64,000 bases of DNA from Nitrospinales bacterium (GTDB lineage Bacteria > Nitrospinota > Nitrospinia > Nitrospinales > VA-1), in assembly GCA_965223795.1 (NCBI GenBank), contig CBDCXL010000002.1, positions 1,856,001 to 1,920,000 on the forward strand, given 5' to 3'. Positions within the stretch are counted from its first letter, which is position 1, and each line of letters begins with the position of its first letter. Below the pieces are notes generated by a model. The model did no database searches. It saw nothing but the letters and a program-made list of their open reading frames with translations, and was not told the DNA's origin. Shown piece by piece: positions 32,122 through 42,978 of this stretch. Both the position numbers and the translations under genes were made by a program.

Positions 32122-32467
32122 CTCTTCAGGTTTTTACTCCCGCAACATCCTTCCTGTAATTTTTACTTGTGAGCCGGCACCCTTTCCGGCTTGCGCGATA
32201 CGTTTGAATCCCGCCTGCGGCACCACTCCTCCGCAGAGGGCGAATTTGTTCACGCCGGGCAAGGTTCGTTCGGTTCGAACTGCTTCTGTAATGCCGTAGC
32301 CTTTCTTAATCTCCCTGAAAGTAGATGTATGCGCGAATTCCGTCACCGAGTGCGGGACCGCAGCGAGGCCAAACGCGGCGCATGCCGTGCGGGTGGGTGC
32401 GGAGTTCTGTTTCCGGTTGGGGACAGGCTTTCCCGGCGGGCCGAAACGTGCTGTAAAAATGGATATT

Positions 32468-32887
32468 TCAACAGTGCACGATGTTCGCCGGGGCGCCGGT
32501 GGGTTCCTGTGTGAACCGGTAGCTGGTGTTTTCCTTGATCCAGGCAAGAAGCTCGTCGTAGCTTTTGAAATGTTCGGTGAATCCGTAATCCTCGCCCGTG
32601 TATTCGCAGTTTTCGGTGCTGTGTTCGCGGCACATGTAAGGCCGGTGCTCGTAAATGGCGCATTTGTTGTCGGCCATCAGAAAATTGCAGCGGGTGTGGA
32701 TCATGATGTACCAGCTTTTCCGGTAAATATAGATAGAAACTTTCTCATGCGCGATTTTCCAGAGCAGGCTTTCGTAGTCTCTGCGGGTCTCCGGTTCGTC
32801 GAGTTCGAAGGCAAAGTAGTTGCAGCAATAGGCAGGCAGGCATTTTTCGCACTGGCTGGTGTTGTCCCGTTTGCTTTTTGTGGTCAT
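32468..32887 (-). CDS. YkgJ-family cysteine-cluster protein (CxxCxxxCC, putative Zn/Fe-S binding)
   Basis: CEKCLPAYCC, CNFL, CAIYEHRPYMC; start taken at MTTKSK. Confidence 0.8.
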   Translation of the reverse strand: MTTKSKRDNTSQCEKCLPAYCCNYFAFELDEPETRRDYESLLWKIAHEKVSIYIYRKSWYIMIHTRCNFLMADNKCAIYEHRPYMCREHSTENCEYTGEDYGFTEHFKSYDELLAWIKENTSYRFTQEPTGAPANIVHC

Positions 32888-33359
32888 GGAGGGTTCCTTA
32901 TCGGTTGGAAACGCTGCGTTCCCGTGAATTTCCAAACATTCGAGAGCCGGCCCCGCGCGGGATGAGAGAGAACGGTTTCGTTTCGACTGATTTGAAAAAA
33001 AGCAACGGCGTTTTCGGTGACACGCCGCATTATCATAAAAACACCGTCAATGCGTTATTCTGCCTTCATGGATTCATGAAGTCAATCGCGGGACCCAATT
33101 TTTCAGGCTGCATGCCGATCTTTGTGCGAACCCGCCGCTTTGGTTCCGCTGCTCCGTGAAATGCCCCGGCCGCTTGAACGCCTGCGTCGCGTTGGAGTGG
33201 GGGCGTTTTTCTATGTTTCCAAACAGAGCCGAGCACGCCCTGTTTTCTTTTGAGCGGCGGCGATCCGGCTGCTTATTTTCGCCCTTCCGATACCTCGAAA
33301 ACCACCGGAATTCCGGTCCTTTTGGCGTTTCCGCCGGGGCTGGCCCGGCCTGGGCGCGC

Positions 33360-33387
33360 TTGACTTTCCGGGTGGGTGGATTAAAAT
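33360..33387 (+). promoter_or_regulatory. Putative sigma70 promoter of the 33.4-38.7 kb operon
   Basis: TTGACT-N16-TAAAAT, with a further TATAAT at 33391-33396. Confidence 0.45.
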
Positions 33388-33416
33388 AAGTATAATAAAA
33401 ACAATAGGATTTGGCG

Positions 33417-33626
33417 ATGAGACGGATCGTTTTCGCAGCGATGATATGGGTATTTTACCCTGGAGTGGCCCAGGCTTACGTCGATCCCGGATTTTTGGGA
33501 TCGCTGTATCAGATGATCTATATGTTCATCTTCGGCGTTGCGGCGGCCTGGGTGCTGAAACCCTTTCGATACATTTCCGCGCTTTACAAAAGAATGAAGG
33601 ACCGGTTGACGGAAAAAAACTCCTGA
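33417..33626 (+). CDS. Small membrane protein with a signal peptide and YxDPG motif
   Basis: MRRIVFAAMIWVFYPGVAQA|YVDPG, then a hydrophobic helix and basic tail; AGGA SD upstream; first gene of the operon. Confidence 0.8.
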   Translation: MRRIVFAAMIWVFYPGVAQAYVDPGFLGSLYQMIYMFIFGVAAAWVLKPFRYISALYKRMKDRLTEKNS

Positions 33627-33642
33627 ACCCCCGACACCTATC

Positions 33643-35043
33643 TTGGAACTGCCACTTTCCGACATTCAAACGCACGATTCATCCTACGTGGACCCGAACG
33701 GATTCGTGTTTCTGTACGAAGACAAAATCTACAGGGGCATTCACCGGGGGAACGCGGATTTTTACCGCTCCCTGTTCGAGAAGGGAACGGTCCGCGATCT
33801 GGTGCGGCGCCACGCACTCGTGGATTCGGAGCCGACGGACTATTCGGTGCCGGAGGCGGACTGCCCGTTTGTCGTCGCGCACCGGAAAATCGAACCGCTC
33901 ACCTATTGCGTGGAATGGACCCCTTCCATGCTCAAAGACGCGGCGGTCTCGCTTCTGGAGTTGAACCTGGCGCTGCTGGACAACGGGGGTCTCCTGCAAG
34001 ATGCGTATCCCTGGAACATTCTGTTCGAGGCCACGCGGCCGGTGCACGTGGATTTCACTTCGATCGTGCCGGTCAACGGCCAGCGACTGTTGTGGCCGGC
34101 GTATCAGCAGTTTCTCAATTTTTTCATGCATCCGCTCAAGCTGGCGTCGATGGGCAAGGGCGGGCTGGCCCGTTATCTCCTGCAGGATTACATCCACGGC
34201 GTGTCTTTGGACGACGTGCACGCCAACATGAGCCTGCGCTACAAGCTGCGCCACCCTTTGAGTTTCTCGCTGAGCCAGGCGATGCTGTGGATGAACCGCA
34301 AGGCGCAGAAAGAAACACGCCTGAAAGTGGATCTGCAGAGCTCGCTGAAAAACGGCAACGGCATCCCCCCGGCAATGCGGGAGCGCTTTCTCACGGGTCT
34401 GCTCAGGAAAACCCAGGCGATTGCTTTGCCCGCACCGCGGGACAACTGGGTGGGCTACTACGACAGCTGCGAAGGCGCCGAGCAGGAGAAAAAGATCGGT
34501 GTGATCGACAACCTGCTGGATCGGATTCAGCCGAAAACGGTGCTGGACCTGGGGTGCAACCGCGGCCGCTTTTCTCTTTTGGCGGCGCAGAAGGGGGCGC
34601 GCGTCATCGCGATGGATGCCAGCGAGTCCTGCGTGGAAGCGCTGTACCGCACCGCCCGTGAGGGAGACTATCCCATCACGCCGGTGGTCGGCAACGCCCT
34701 CAACCCGACGCCCGCGTTCGGGTTCATGGCCCGGCAGTTTCCCTCGATGATCGCCCGTTTCCGCTCTGAAGTGGTGTTCTGCCTGGCGCTCATGCACCAT
34801 CTGCACATCAACGGCAGGCAGCCGCTGGACCGGATCGCGAAGCTTTTGGACGCGTTGTCCGAACGGGCGGTGATCTTTGAATACGTGGATCCCGCCGACG
34901 GCAACATCGGTCTTTTAGATCACGGTCGCACGATCGACTACAGCCTTGAATCGGTTTCGGCAGCGCTTTCGCGTTATTTCAAACTGAAGGTGTTCGATTC
35001 GGACCGCGAAACCCGGAAGATCCTGCTTTGCGAAAAAATCTGA
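33643..35043 (+). CDS. NoeA-like protein: N-terminal kinase-like fold plus C-terminal class I SAM-dependent methyltransferase
   Basis: N-terminal SYVDPNGFVF, QDAYPWNILF...HVDFTS; C-terminal VLDLGCNRGRFS and LALMHHL. Confidence 0.8.
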   Translation: MELPLSDIQTHDSSYVDPNGFVFLYEDKIYRGIHRGNADFYRSLFEKGTVRDLVRRHALVDSEPTDYSVPEADCPFVVAHRKIEPLTYCVEWTPSMLKDAAVSLLELNLALLDNGGLLQDAYPWNILFEATRPVHVDFTSIVPVNGQRLLWPAYQQFLNFFMHPLKLASMGKGGLARYLLQDYIHGVSLDDVHANMSLRYKLRHPLSFSLSQAMLWMNRKAQKETRLKVDLQSSLKNGNGIPPAMRERFLTGLLRKTQAIALPAPRDNWVGYYDSCEGAEQEKKIGVIDNLLDRIQPKTVLDLGCNRGRFSLLAAQKGARVIAMDASESCVEALYRTAREGDYPITPVVGNALNPTPAFGFMARQFPSMIARFRSEVVFCLALMHHLHINGRQPLDRIAKLLDALSERAVIFEYVDPADGNIGLLDHGRTIDYSLESVSAALSRYFKLKVFDSDRETRKILLCEKI

Positions 35044-36938
35044 AATTCATCGATGCGGGCTGCCTGACCTACCTCCTTTGCCTGCTTGTGGTCGCGCTCT
35101 CGTTCGGCCTGTCCCAGGACCTGCTGTTTTTCAAAACTGATCCGGCCGCTCTCGTGCACTTTCTCGTGGCGTCGGGCTGGCTGCTCGCCCTGGTTCTCTT
35201 TGTGCCGGTCGCGCTGGTATTTTATTTCACCGGCAACGCGGTTCGGGAACGCTGCCTGAACGGGTTCTCGATTCTGGCGCTCGGCCTGATGCTGTTCGGC
35301 TTTTGCGTTCATTTTCTCGACACCAGCGAGCTGTTCCACTTCACGCTGAAGCAGATTCAGGAGAGCTGGCTTCCCTTCGATGCGTTTCCGGTTTATGGGA
35401 TCGCCATCGCGGCGCTGGGGCTTTTGTGCTTTGCGCTGGCGGTGTTTCTGGCGCGCGCGCCCGACATCCGTAAGCGCGTCGTTTCGTTGTCCTACGGCGT
35501 GACGGCATTGGGTGCGGTGTTGTTCCTGCTGTTCCCCGCACTGTCTTTTTTTTCGGCTTCCGCGGCGGACGGCAAGGAGTTGCGGCGCAACGCGATCCTG
35601 ATCGTTTTGGACGGGCTCAGCACCAAGTACCTGTCGCCCTACAACCCCAAAGAAAACACGCCTGAGTTTGACGCACTGGCCGCTTCCTCGGTGAAGTACA
35701 CCAATATCCGCACGAACTTCACGCACACGTCCGGATTTTTTTACACGCTCTATTCGGGGCAGAAACAATCCTGGGCCGATCCCAAAATAAAAAAACAGAC
35801 GGGGCTGCTCAAGATGCTTCAGGATGCGGGCGTCAACACGCGCTGGTTCACCTACCACAACAACGGCGTGCCGGACGTCCACAACTTCCCGTACAGGGGC
35901 CTGCGCTCGACGTTTCTGGTCAGCCGGTTCGCCTGGATGCCGCGTCTGTTGAACGTGGACTACAACGTGTTTGAGATGCGGGGCAACGGCGCGCGCGGCC
36001 GGGCGATGGGAGAGCGGGAGAAGTCGATCCACGGCTGGCTTTCCGGCATCAACGGCGATGGTTATCTGCATCCTTTGCGAAACTGGGTGATGGACGAGAT
36101 CGAGGCTCTGCGTGAGGACGCGCGGCCGTATTTCATGGTCGTGCACCTGCCGGTCAATGCGCTCACGCCGGCCGAAACCGCGCCCAGGACCTGGGAACTG
36201 GAAGAAGCGGATTTCGTTCCCGAACAACGGCTGCAAAGAGTGCGGCAGAAAATGATCCGCGATCAGGACTACACTTATCGAAAAGAAGACGCCTGGGCGG
36301 TGGAACGGCTGCGGGACAAATACCGGCAGTCGGTGCGCGCAGGAGGAAAAAGCCTGATGGAATTCATCCGTCAGTTCGAAGCGCGCGGCTGGGATGCCGA
36401 CACGCTGCTGATGGTCACCGCCGATCACGGAAAAATCCTGTCCGGTGGCAAGATCGAATACGGCTACCACAACGACGAAGAGGTGGCGCGCGTGCCGCTG
36501 TTTGTGAAATGGCAGGGGAAGGAAGGCATCGATTCCCGCCTGGGAGAGAGCATCGATCTGGTGCAGACCTTCCTCGACTTTTTCGGCATCGAAAAGAAAC
36601 TGTCTGCGGATGCCGTGTCCCTGTTGGCAGACGCAAAAAAAACACGCGCGACGACGCTCACCACCTGGTCGTTTAAACGCAAGGAATGGTTTCTCAATGT
36701 CTATGAGGGCGAACACCGGTACGTGTTCAACCTGTATCCGCACAACGCCTCGATGCGCAAGGAGTCCTTCCAGGGGCCGTTTCAGGCGGTGTCCGTCGCG
36801 GAGGGGAGGGATGCCCTCAAGGGCGCGGGTTTCGACATGGCGGCAATCTTAAAATCTTACGGGATTGAAGGCGACCCTAAAAGTGCGAACGATGTGTGGT
36901 CTTTAATGAGTCCGGAATCGAGCCATGACAGACATTGA
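35028..36938 (+). CDS. Membrane-anchored sulfatase/alkaline-phosphatase-superfamily protein (LtaS/EptA-like architecture)
   Basis: About 5 N-terminal TM segments, NAILIVLDG, TADHG, RVPLFVK; no CxPxR motif. Confidence 0.75.
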   Translation: MRKNLKFIDAGCLTYLLCLLVVALSFGLSQDLLFFKTDPAALVHFLVASGWLLALVLFVPVALVFYFTGNAVRERCLNGFSILALGLMLFGFCVHFLDTSELFHFTLKQIQESWLPFDAFPVYGIAIAALGLLCFALAVFLARAPDIRKRVVSLSYGVTALGAVLFLLFPALSFFSASAADGKELRRNAILIVLDGLSTKYLSPYNPKENTPEFDALAASSVKYTNIRTNFTHTSGFFYTLYSGQKQSWADPKIKKQTGLLKMLQDAGVNTRWFTYHNNGVPDVHNFPYRGLRSTFLVSRFAWMPRLLNVDYNVFEMRGNGARGRAMGEREKSIHGWLSGINGDGYLHPLRNWVMDEIEALREDARPYFMVVHLPVNALTPAETAPRTWELEEADFVPEQRLQRVRQKMIRDQDYTYRKEDAWAVERLRDKYRQSVRAGGKSLMEFIRQFEARGWDADTLLMVTADHGKILSGGKIEYGYHNDEEVARVPLFVKWQGKEGIDSRLGESIDLVQTFLDFFGIEKKLSADAVSLLADAKKTRATTLTTWSFKRKEWFLNVYEGEHRYVFNLYPHNASMRKESFQGPFQAVSVAEGRDALKGAGFDMAAILKSYGIEGDPKSANDVWSLMSPESSHDRH

Positions 36939-38703
36939 ACGCAATCCCCTGAGCTTTTATCGTCTGCATGGTCCCTACTTTCTTATTTACCTTGCGCTCG
37001 CGTTTCTGCTCTATCTGCGTTCCCTGGGAAACGCATTTGTGTTCGACGATTCGCTGTACGTTCTTGAAAACCATCTGATCAAGCATCTCGACTTCGCCGC
37101 CGTCCGCGACATCTTCACCACGTTTTACAAATGGGATTACCTGCCGCTCACCCTGTTGTCCTTCGGCTTCGATTATTTTCTGTTCGGTCTCAATCCCGCG
37201 GGCTACCATGTGACCAACATCCTGCTGCATGGGTGCAATGTCTTTCTGATCCATTTGATCGTGTATGAGCTGAGCCGCTCGCGCTGGATGGCGCTGGGAA
37301 CGGCGCTGCTGTTCCTGGTGCATCCGGTGCACGTGGAAAGCGTGGCGTGGATCTCCGAAAGAAAAAACGTGCTTTCGCTTTTCTTTCTGTTCCTTTCGTT
37401 TTACAGCTATCTGAAACGAGAAGGCCGCGGGATTTCGCTGCTGTTTTTCATTCTGGCCTGCCTGAGCAAATCCTCTGTGGTGATCTTTCCGCTGCTGCTG
37501 GTTTTGTATCAGGTTTCCTACAGACAAAAGGCGTTTCTTTCGGGCGTGCTCCATGCTCTGCCTTATTTTCTGATCGCGGCGGCATTCACGGGGGTCACGC
37601 TGCTCAGCCATTCGATGCACGGAACGGTGCAGGCCCATCCCGAAAACAATCCGCTGTACACCTTGTTCAGCATGCTGGTGGTGTTCAAAGAGTATCTGAA
37701 AACACTCCTGTTCCCGATCCATCTGAACGTGTGGTATCCCAACCGCGTCCACACGACGCTGCTGCAGCCGGAAGTCCTGCTGTCGGGTCTTATCCTCGGC
37801 GTTTATCTGTTTGGCACGGCGATCGCCTACCGAAAGGACAAACGGGTGTTCTTCGGCCTGGCCTGGTTTGCGGTGTCGCTGCTGCCGGTGTCGCACATCG
37901 TTCCCTTTCCGCAGATGATGGCGGACCGTTTTCTCTACATCCCTTCGTTCGGCTTGTTTTTTGCGGCCTGTCTGGGCATCCGGTATTTGTGGGAGAGGCG
38001 GCAGGTAGTGCGCCGCGCTCTGCCGCTGGCGGCCGGGCTGATGCTCGTCAGTCTTGCGGCTCTCAGTCTCCACCGCATTCCTGTTTTTGCAAACGATCTC
38101 ACGTTGTGGCGGGACAGCGTCTCTAAAAACGAAAACAACACCTTCGCTCAGATGCATCTGGGGTTTTCCTATCTCGGGGCGGGACAAACCGGCCCGGCCC
38201 TGGATGCGCTCCGCCGTGCGGCGGCGATCGAACCGGACAACACGAAGGCGCTGCGGATCGTCGCGCTGATCCATGAGAAGAACGGGAATCACGGCAAAGC
38301 GGAAGCCGTTTACCGCGACCTGATCGCAAAAGCGCCGCAAAGCCCCGCCCATCCGACGTCGCTGGGCGTGCTCAAGGGCAATCATGGGAAACGGGAGGAA
38401 GCCTTTACCCTGTTCGACAAGGCGCTGTCCCTCGACCCGGATTTCGCGCTCGCCCATTTCAACCGCGCCGTATTTCGCTTTCAGGCGGGCCGGACGCGGC
38501 AGTCGCTAAACAGTTACCGCAAAGCCGCGGAGCTTGCGCCGTACAGCGCTCCGTTTCATTTCCAGTTGGGGATGTTTTACCGAAAAGTTGTGGGCGATGC
38601 CGATCTGGGCCGCCGGCATCTTGAAAAGAGCCTGCGTCTCAATCCCGATCAGCCCGATGCCGCGGCGATCCGCTCGCTGCTTGCGGGAGAACGTGTGCGC
38701 TGA
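36925..38703 (+). CDS. TMTC-like GT-C glycosyltransferase with C-terminal TPR repeats
   Basis: NAFVFDD, YLPLTLLSF, HPVHVESVAWISERK, ADRFLYIPS; multiple TM helices, then TPRs (ALSLDPDFALAHFN). Confidence 0.82.
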   Translation: MTDIERNPLSFYRLHGPYFLIYLALAFLLYLRSLGNAFVFDDSLYVLENHLIKHLDFAAVRDIFTTFYKWDYLPLTLLSFGFDYFLFGLNPAGYHVTNILLHGCNVFLIHLIVYELSRSRWMALGTALLFLVHPVHVESVAWISERKNVLSLFFLFLSFYSYLKREGRGISLLFFILACLSKSSVVIFPLLLVLYQVSYRQKAFLSGVLHALPYFLIAAAFTGVTLLSHSMHGTVQAHPENNPLYTLFSMLVVFKEYLKTLLFPIHLNVWYPNRVHTTLLQPEVLLSGLILGVYLFGTAIAYRKDKRVFFGLAWFAVSLLPVSHIVPFPQMMADRFLYIPSFGLFFAACLGIRYLWERRQVVRRALPLAAGLMLVSLAALSLHRIPVFANDLTLWRDSVSKNENNTFAQMHLGFSYLGAGQTGPALDALRRAAAIEPDNTKALRIVALIHEKNGNHGKAEAVYRDLIAKAPQSPAHPTSLGVLKGNHGKREEAFTLFDKALSLDPDFALAHFNRAVFRFQAGRTRQSLNSYRKAAELAPYSAPFHFQLGMFYRKVVGDADLGRRHLEKSLRLNPDQPDAAAIRSLLAGERVR

Positions 38704-38721
38704 CCGGGACGGTTTGTGATT

Positions 38722-39690
38722 TCAGATGGTTTCCGTGGAGCGGAAAAAAGGCACGCGCTTATCGAAGCGGTGCAGGCCGGCGGATCTGGCCGCCGCGTGC
38801 GCCCGCTCCAGTTCCTGCGGGGAAGGACGGCGGTTGATCTCGGCGTATTTGTCCGGCCCCACTTTCCAGGCGGGACGATACTGGTCCATGATGTTGATGT
38901 AGGTATCGCGCGAAATCTGCTCGGCGAGAAAACGGCTTATGTGGCTGAAATCCGGAGAATCGGGCATGACCAGGTGCCGCACCAGCAGGCCCCGTTTGGC
39001 GAGTCCGTTCTCGTCGACGATGAGGTCTCCCACCTGCCGGTGCATCTCGCGGATGACCGTGCGGGCGGCGTCGGGATAATCCTTTGCCTTGAGGTATTTT
39101 TTCGCGCGTTCCGGCTCCCAGTACTTGAAATCGGGCATGTAGATGTCGATCACGCCCTCCATCATGCGCATGCTGTCCATCGAGTCGTAGGCGCCGGTGT
39201 TGTACACCAGCGGCAGCCTCAGTCCCATCTCGACCGCCAGCGGCAGGGCTTCGAGGATCTGCGGCACCACGTGCTCGGGGGTCACGAAATTGATGTTGTG
39301 GCAGCCTTTGTTCTGCAGTTCCATCATCATCATGGCCAGTTCTTCGGGACCGGTTTCCCGGCCTTCGCCGTCCTGGCTGATGTCGCAGTTCTGGCAGAAC
39401 ACGCATTTGAGGTTGCACATGGAGAAAAAAATGGTGCCGCTGCCGTGGATGCCGCGCAGGCAGTCCTCTTCGCCGAAATGCGGGAAGAAGCTGGAAACGA
39501 TGGCGTGCCGCCCGCTCTTGCACACGGCTTTTTCATCGGACAGGCGGTCCACTTCGCAGTCTCTGGGGCAGACCCGGCAGTCGTCCAGCTTGCGGACGGC
39601 CTGGCGGGAACGGCGGAACAGCTCGCCGGTCCGGTGCAGCCTGAGGTAGGCCGGTTCGAACTCGCCGGAATGGATGGTGAAAGGCGGCAT
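38722..39690 (-). CDS. Radical SAM protein, PflX family
   Basis: CRVCPRDC, PHFGEE, GSGTIFF, CNLKCVFCQN, HNINFVTP, YMPDFKY. Confidence 0.88.
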   Translation of the reverse strand: MPPFTIHSGEFEPAYLRLHRTGELFRRSRQAVRKLDDCRVCPRDCEVDRLSDEKAVCKSGRHAIVSSFFPHFGEEDCLRGIHGSGTIFFSMCNLKCVFCQNCDISQDGEGRETGPEELAMMMMELQNKGCHNINFVTPEHVVPQILEALPLAVEMGLRLPLVYNTGAYDSMDSMRMMEGVIDIYMPDFKYWEPERAKKYLKAKDYPDAARTVIREMHRQVGDLIVDENGLAKRGLLVRHLVMPDSPDFSHISRFLAEQISRDTYINIMDQYRPAWKVGPDKYAEINRRPSPQELERAHAAARSAGLHRFDKRVPFFRSTETI

Positions 39691-39971
39691 GACGGGTCCT
39701 TGAAAACGGAATCTTCCGGGAAAATAACCCGCCCGTGGGAAAAGAGCAAGATCCGGTCAGGACTTTTTAGCGGCTTCTTATCCGAATCCCGAAGCGATGC
39801 GGGTCAACGGGACCGGGATTTTGCCGGTTTTCCCCAGGACGCCGGTGACGGAAACCCTTTTCTCCATCTTTCTATGGAGGCAGAATTATCCGAAACCGCG
39901 GGTTTTCGGGACGGCTTTTTTTTGAGTCTATACGGAGCAAAGCCCGGAAGGAAGCGGGAAAAAGAAAAAAG

Positions 39972-40000
39972 TTGACAAATAAAAATGAACTGGATACAGT
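39972..40000 (+). promoter_or_regulatory. Putative sigma70 promoter of rho
   Basis: TTGACA-N17-TACAGT about 200 nt upstream of rho. Confidence 0.6.
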
Positions 40001-40197
40001 GGGTATAGATCTCCAAAGCTCCCATTAAAACCCCGAATCCAGTCAAGCAAGCCAGCTTTTTCTACGCTCCTTTTGATAAAACATTTCTATTCAAAATTAA
40101 TCGACAATCCAAATAATTCGTTTTTGCCCTCAATCCGGAAAACCATCATAACCTCAGACAACACACAACCCAACCCACCTCAAAGAGACTAAGAATC

Positions 40198-41457
<1,260 letters not shown>

Positions 41458-41479
41458 TGCAAAGGAATGAGCGGAAATC

Positions 41480-41716
41480 ATGAAAGCTGAAATCCATCCT
41501 GAATATTATGAAACCACCGTCAGCTGCGCTTGCGGGCACCAGGTGAAGACCAGTGCCACCGTCAAGGACATGCACGTGGAAATCTGCTCCAACTGCCATC
41601 CGTTTTACACCGGCAAGCAGAAGCTCATCGACACCGCCGGGCGGATCGAGAAATTCAACCGCAAGTATTCGAAAAAGACCGCAAGCACCAATCAGGAAAC
41701 CCCCACTCCCCAGTAG
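41480..41716 (+). CDS. rpmE: 50S ribosomal protein L31 (Zn-binding form)
   Basis: [21 protein letters not shown]. Confidence 0.97.
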   Translation: MKAEIHPEYYETTVSCACGHQVKTSATVKDMHVEICSNCHPFYTGKQKLIDTAGRIEKFNRKYSKKTASTNQETPTPQ

Positions 41717-41813
41717 CTTCCCTCCGGTGCGGGACGGAGGCCGCATCGTTTTCACTCTCCGCACGCAGCGCGTTTCCCTTTGACTCCCGCAGTCGCCTTC
41801 CCAGAGCGGACCC

Positions 41814-42914
41814 ATGTTTGAAAAACTCGAATCGATTGAAAAGCGTTACGATCACCTCAACGGGTTGTTGAGCGATCCGAACATCATCGCCCAGCAGTCG
41901 GAATACCAGAAGTACGCCCGCGAGCAGGCGGAGATCGCGCCGATCGTTCAGGAAGCGAAAGAGCTCAAGCGCATCATCCAGGAGCAGGAGGAAAACGAAC
42001 ACATCCTGGCCGAGGAAACGGACGCCGAGCTTCTGGAACTGGCAAAGGAAGAGCTGAACGGGCTCAAGGAGAAACGCGAAGAATCGGAAGACCGGCTCAA
42101 GCTGCTGTTGTTGCCCAAGGACCCCCGCGACAGCAAGAACGTCATCCTGGAAATCCGTGCGGGCACCGGCGGCGAGGAGGCGGCGCTGTTCTGCAATGAC
42201 CTGTTCCGCATGTACACCCGCTATGCAGAATCCAGACAGTGGCAATGCGAAATCCTCAATTCCAATACGACCGGCAAGGGCGGCTTCAAGGAAGTCATCG
42301 CCAGCATCAACGGCAAAGGTGTGTACAGCAAACTGAAATACGAAAGCGGCACGCATAGAGTGCAGCGGGTGCCGGAAACGGAGACCCAGGGCCGGGTGCA
42401 CACCTCCGCGGTGACCGTCGCCATTCTGCCGCAGGTCGAGGATGTGGATGTCCAGGTCAATCCCGCGGATCTCAAGATCGACGTGTTCCGCTCTTCGGGC
42501 CCCGGCGGCCAGAGCGTGAACACCACCGACTCCGCCGTGCGCATCACACATGTGCCTACAGGAGTGGTGGTCACCTGCCAGGATGAAAAGTCCCAGCATA
42601 AGAATAAAGAGAAAGCGATGAAAGTGCTGCGCGCCCGCCTGTACGACGAAGAACAGAGAAAGCAGCAGGCCGAGCTGGCGCGCGACCGCAAGCAGCAGGT
42701 GGGAAGCGGCGACCGCAGCGAACGCATCCGCACCTACAATTTCCCGCAAGAGCGCATCACCGACCACCGCATCGGGCTCACGCTGCACAAACTGACCCAG
42801 GTTCTGGAGGGGGAGCTCGATCCGATCCTCGAAGCGTTGACGTTGCATTTTCAAACCCAGGCGTTGCAGGAAAAACCGCAGTCTTCGGAACAGAACAACT
42901 CCGTGCCTGCATGA
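41814..42914 (+). CDS. prfA: Peptide chain release factor 1
   Basis: [14 protein letters not shown] specificity motif, [17 protein letters not shown]. Confidence 0.98.
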   Translation: MFEKLESIEKRYDHLNGLLSDPNIIAQQSEYQKYAREQAEIAPIVQEAKELKRIIQEQEENEHILAEETDAELLELAKEELNGLKEKREESEDRLKLLLLPKDPRDSKNVILEIRAGTGGEEAALFCNDLFRMYTRYAESRQWQCEILNSNTTGKGGFKEVIASINGKGVYSKLKYESGTHRVQRVPETETQGRVHTSAVTVAILPQVEDVDVQVNPADLKIDVFRSSGPGGQSVNTTDSAVRITHVPTGVVVTCQDEKSQHKNKEKAMKVLRARLYDEEQRKQQAELARDRKQQVGSGDRSERIRTYNFPQERITDHRIGLTLHKLTQVLEGELDPILEALTLHFQTQALQEKPQSSEQNNSVPA

Positions 42915-42978
42915 TGAGCGGGAACAACGGTTTTGATTTGAAAACAGCATTTCCTTTTGTGACGGAAGGATTTTTCTT

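Noticed and set aside
32134..32547. Short ORFs in the rplQ-YkgJ spacer and in the 32936-33410 spacer
   Set aside because: No motifs, no SD sequences, and atypical composition; treated as intergenic.
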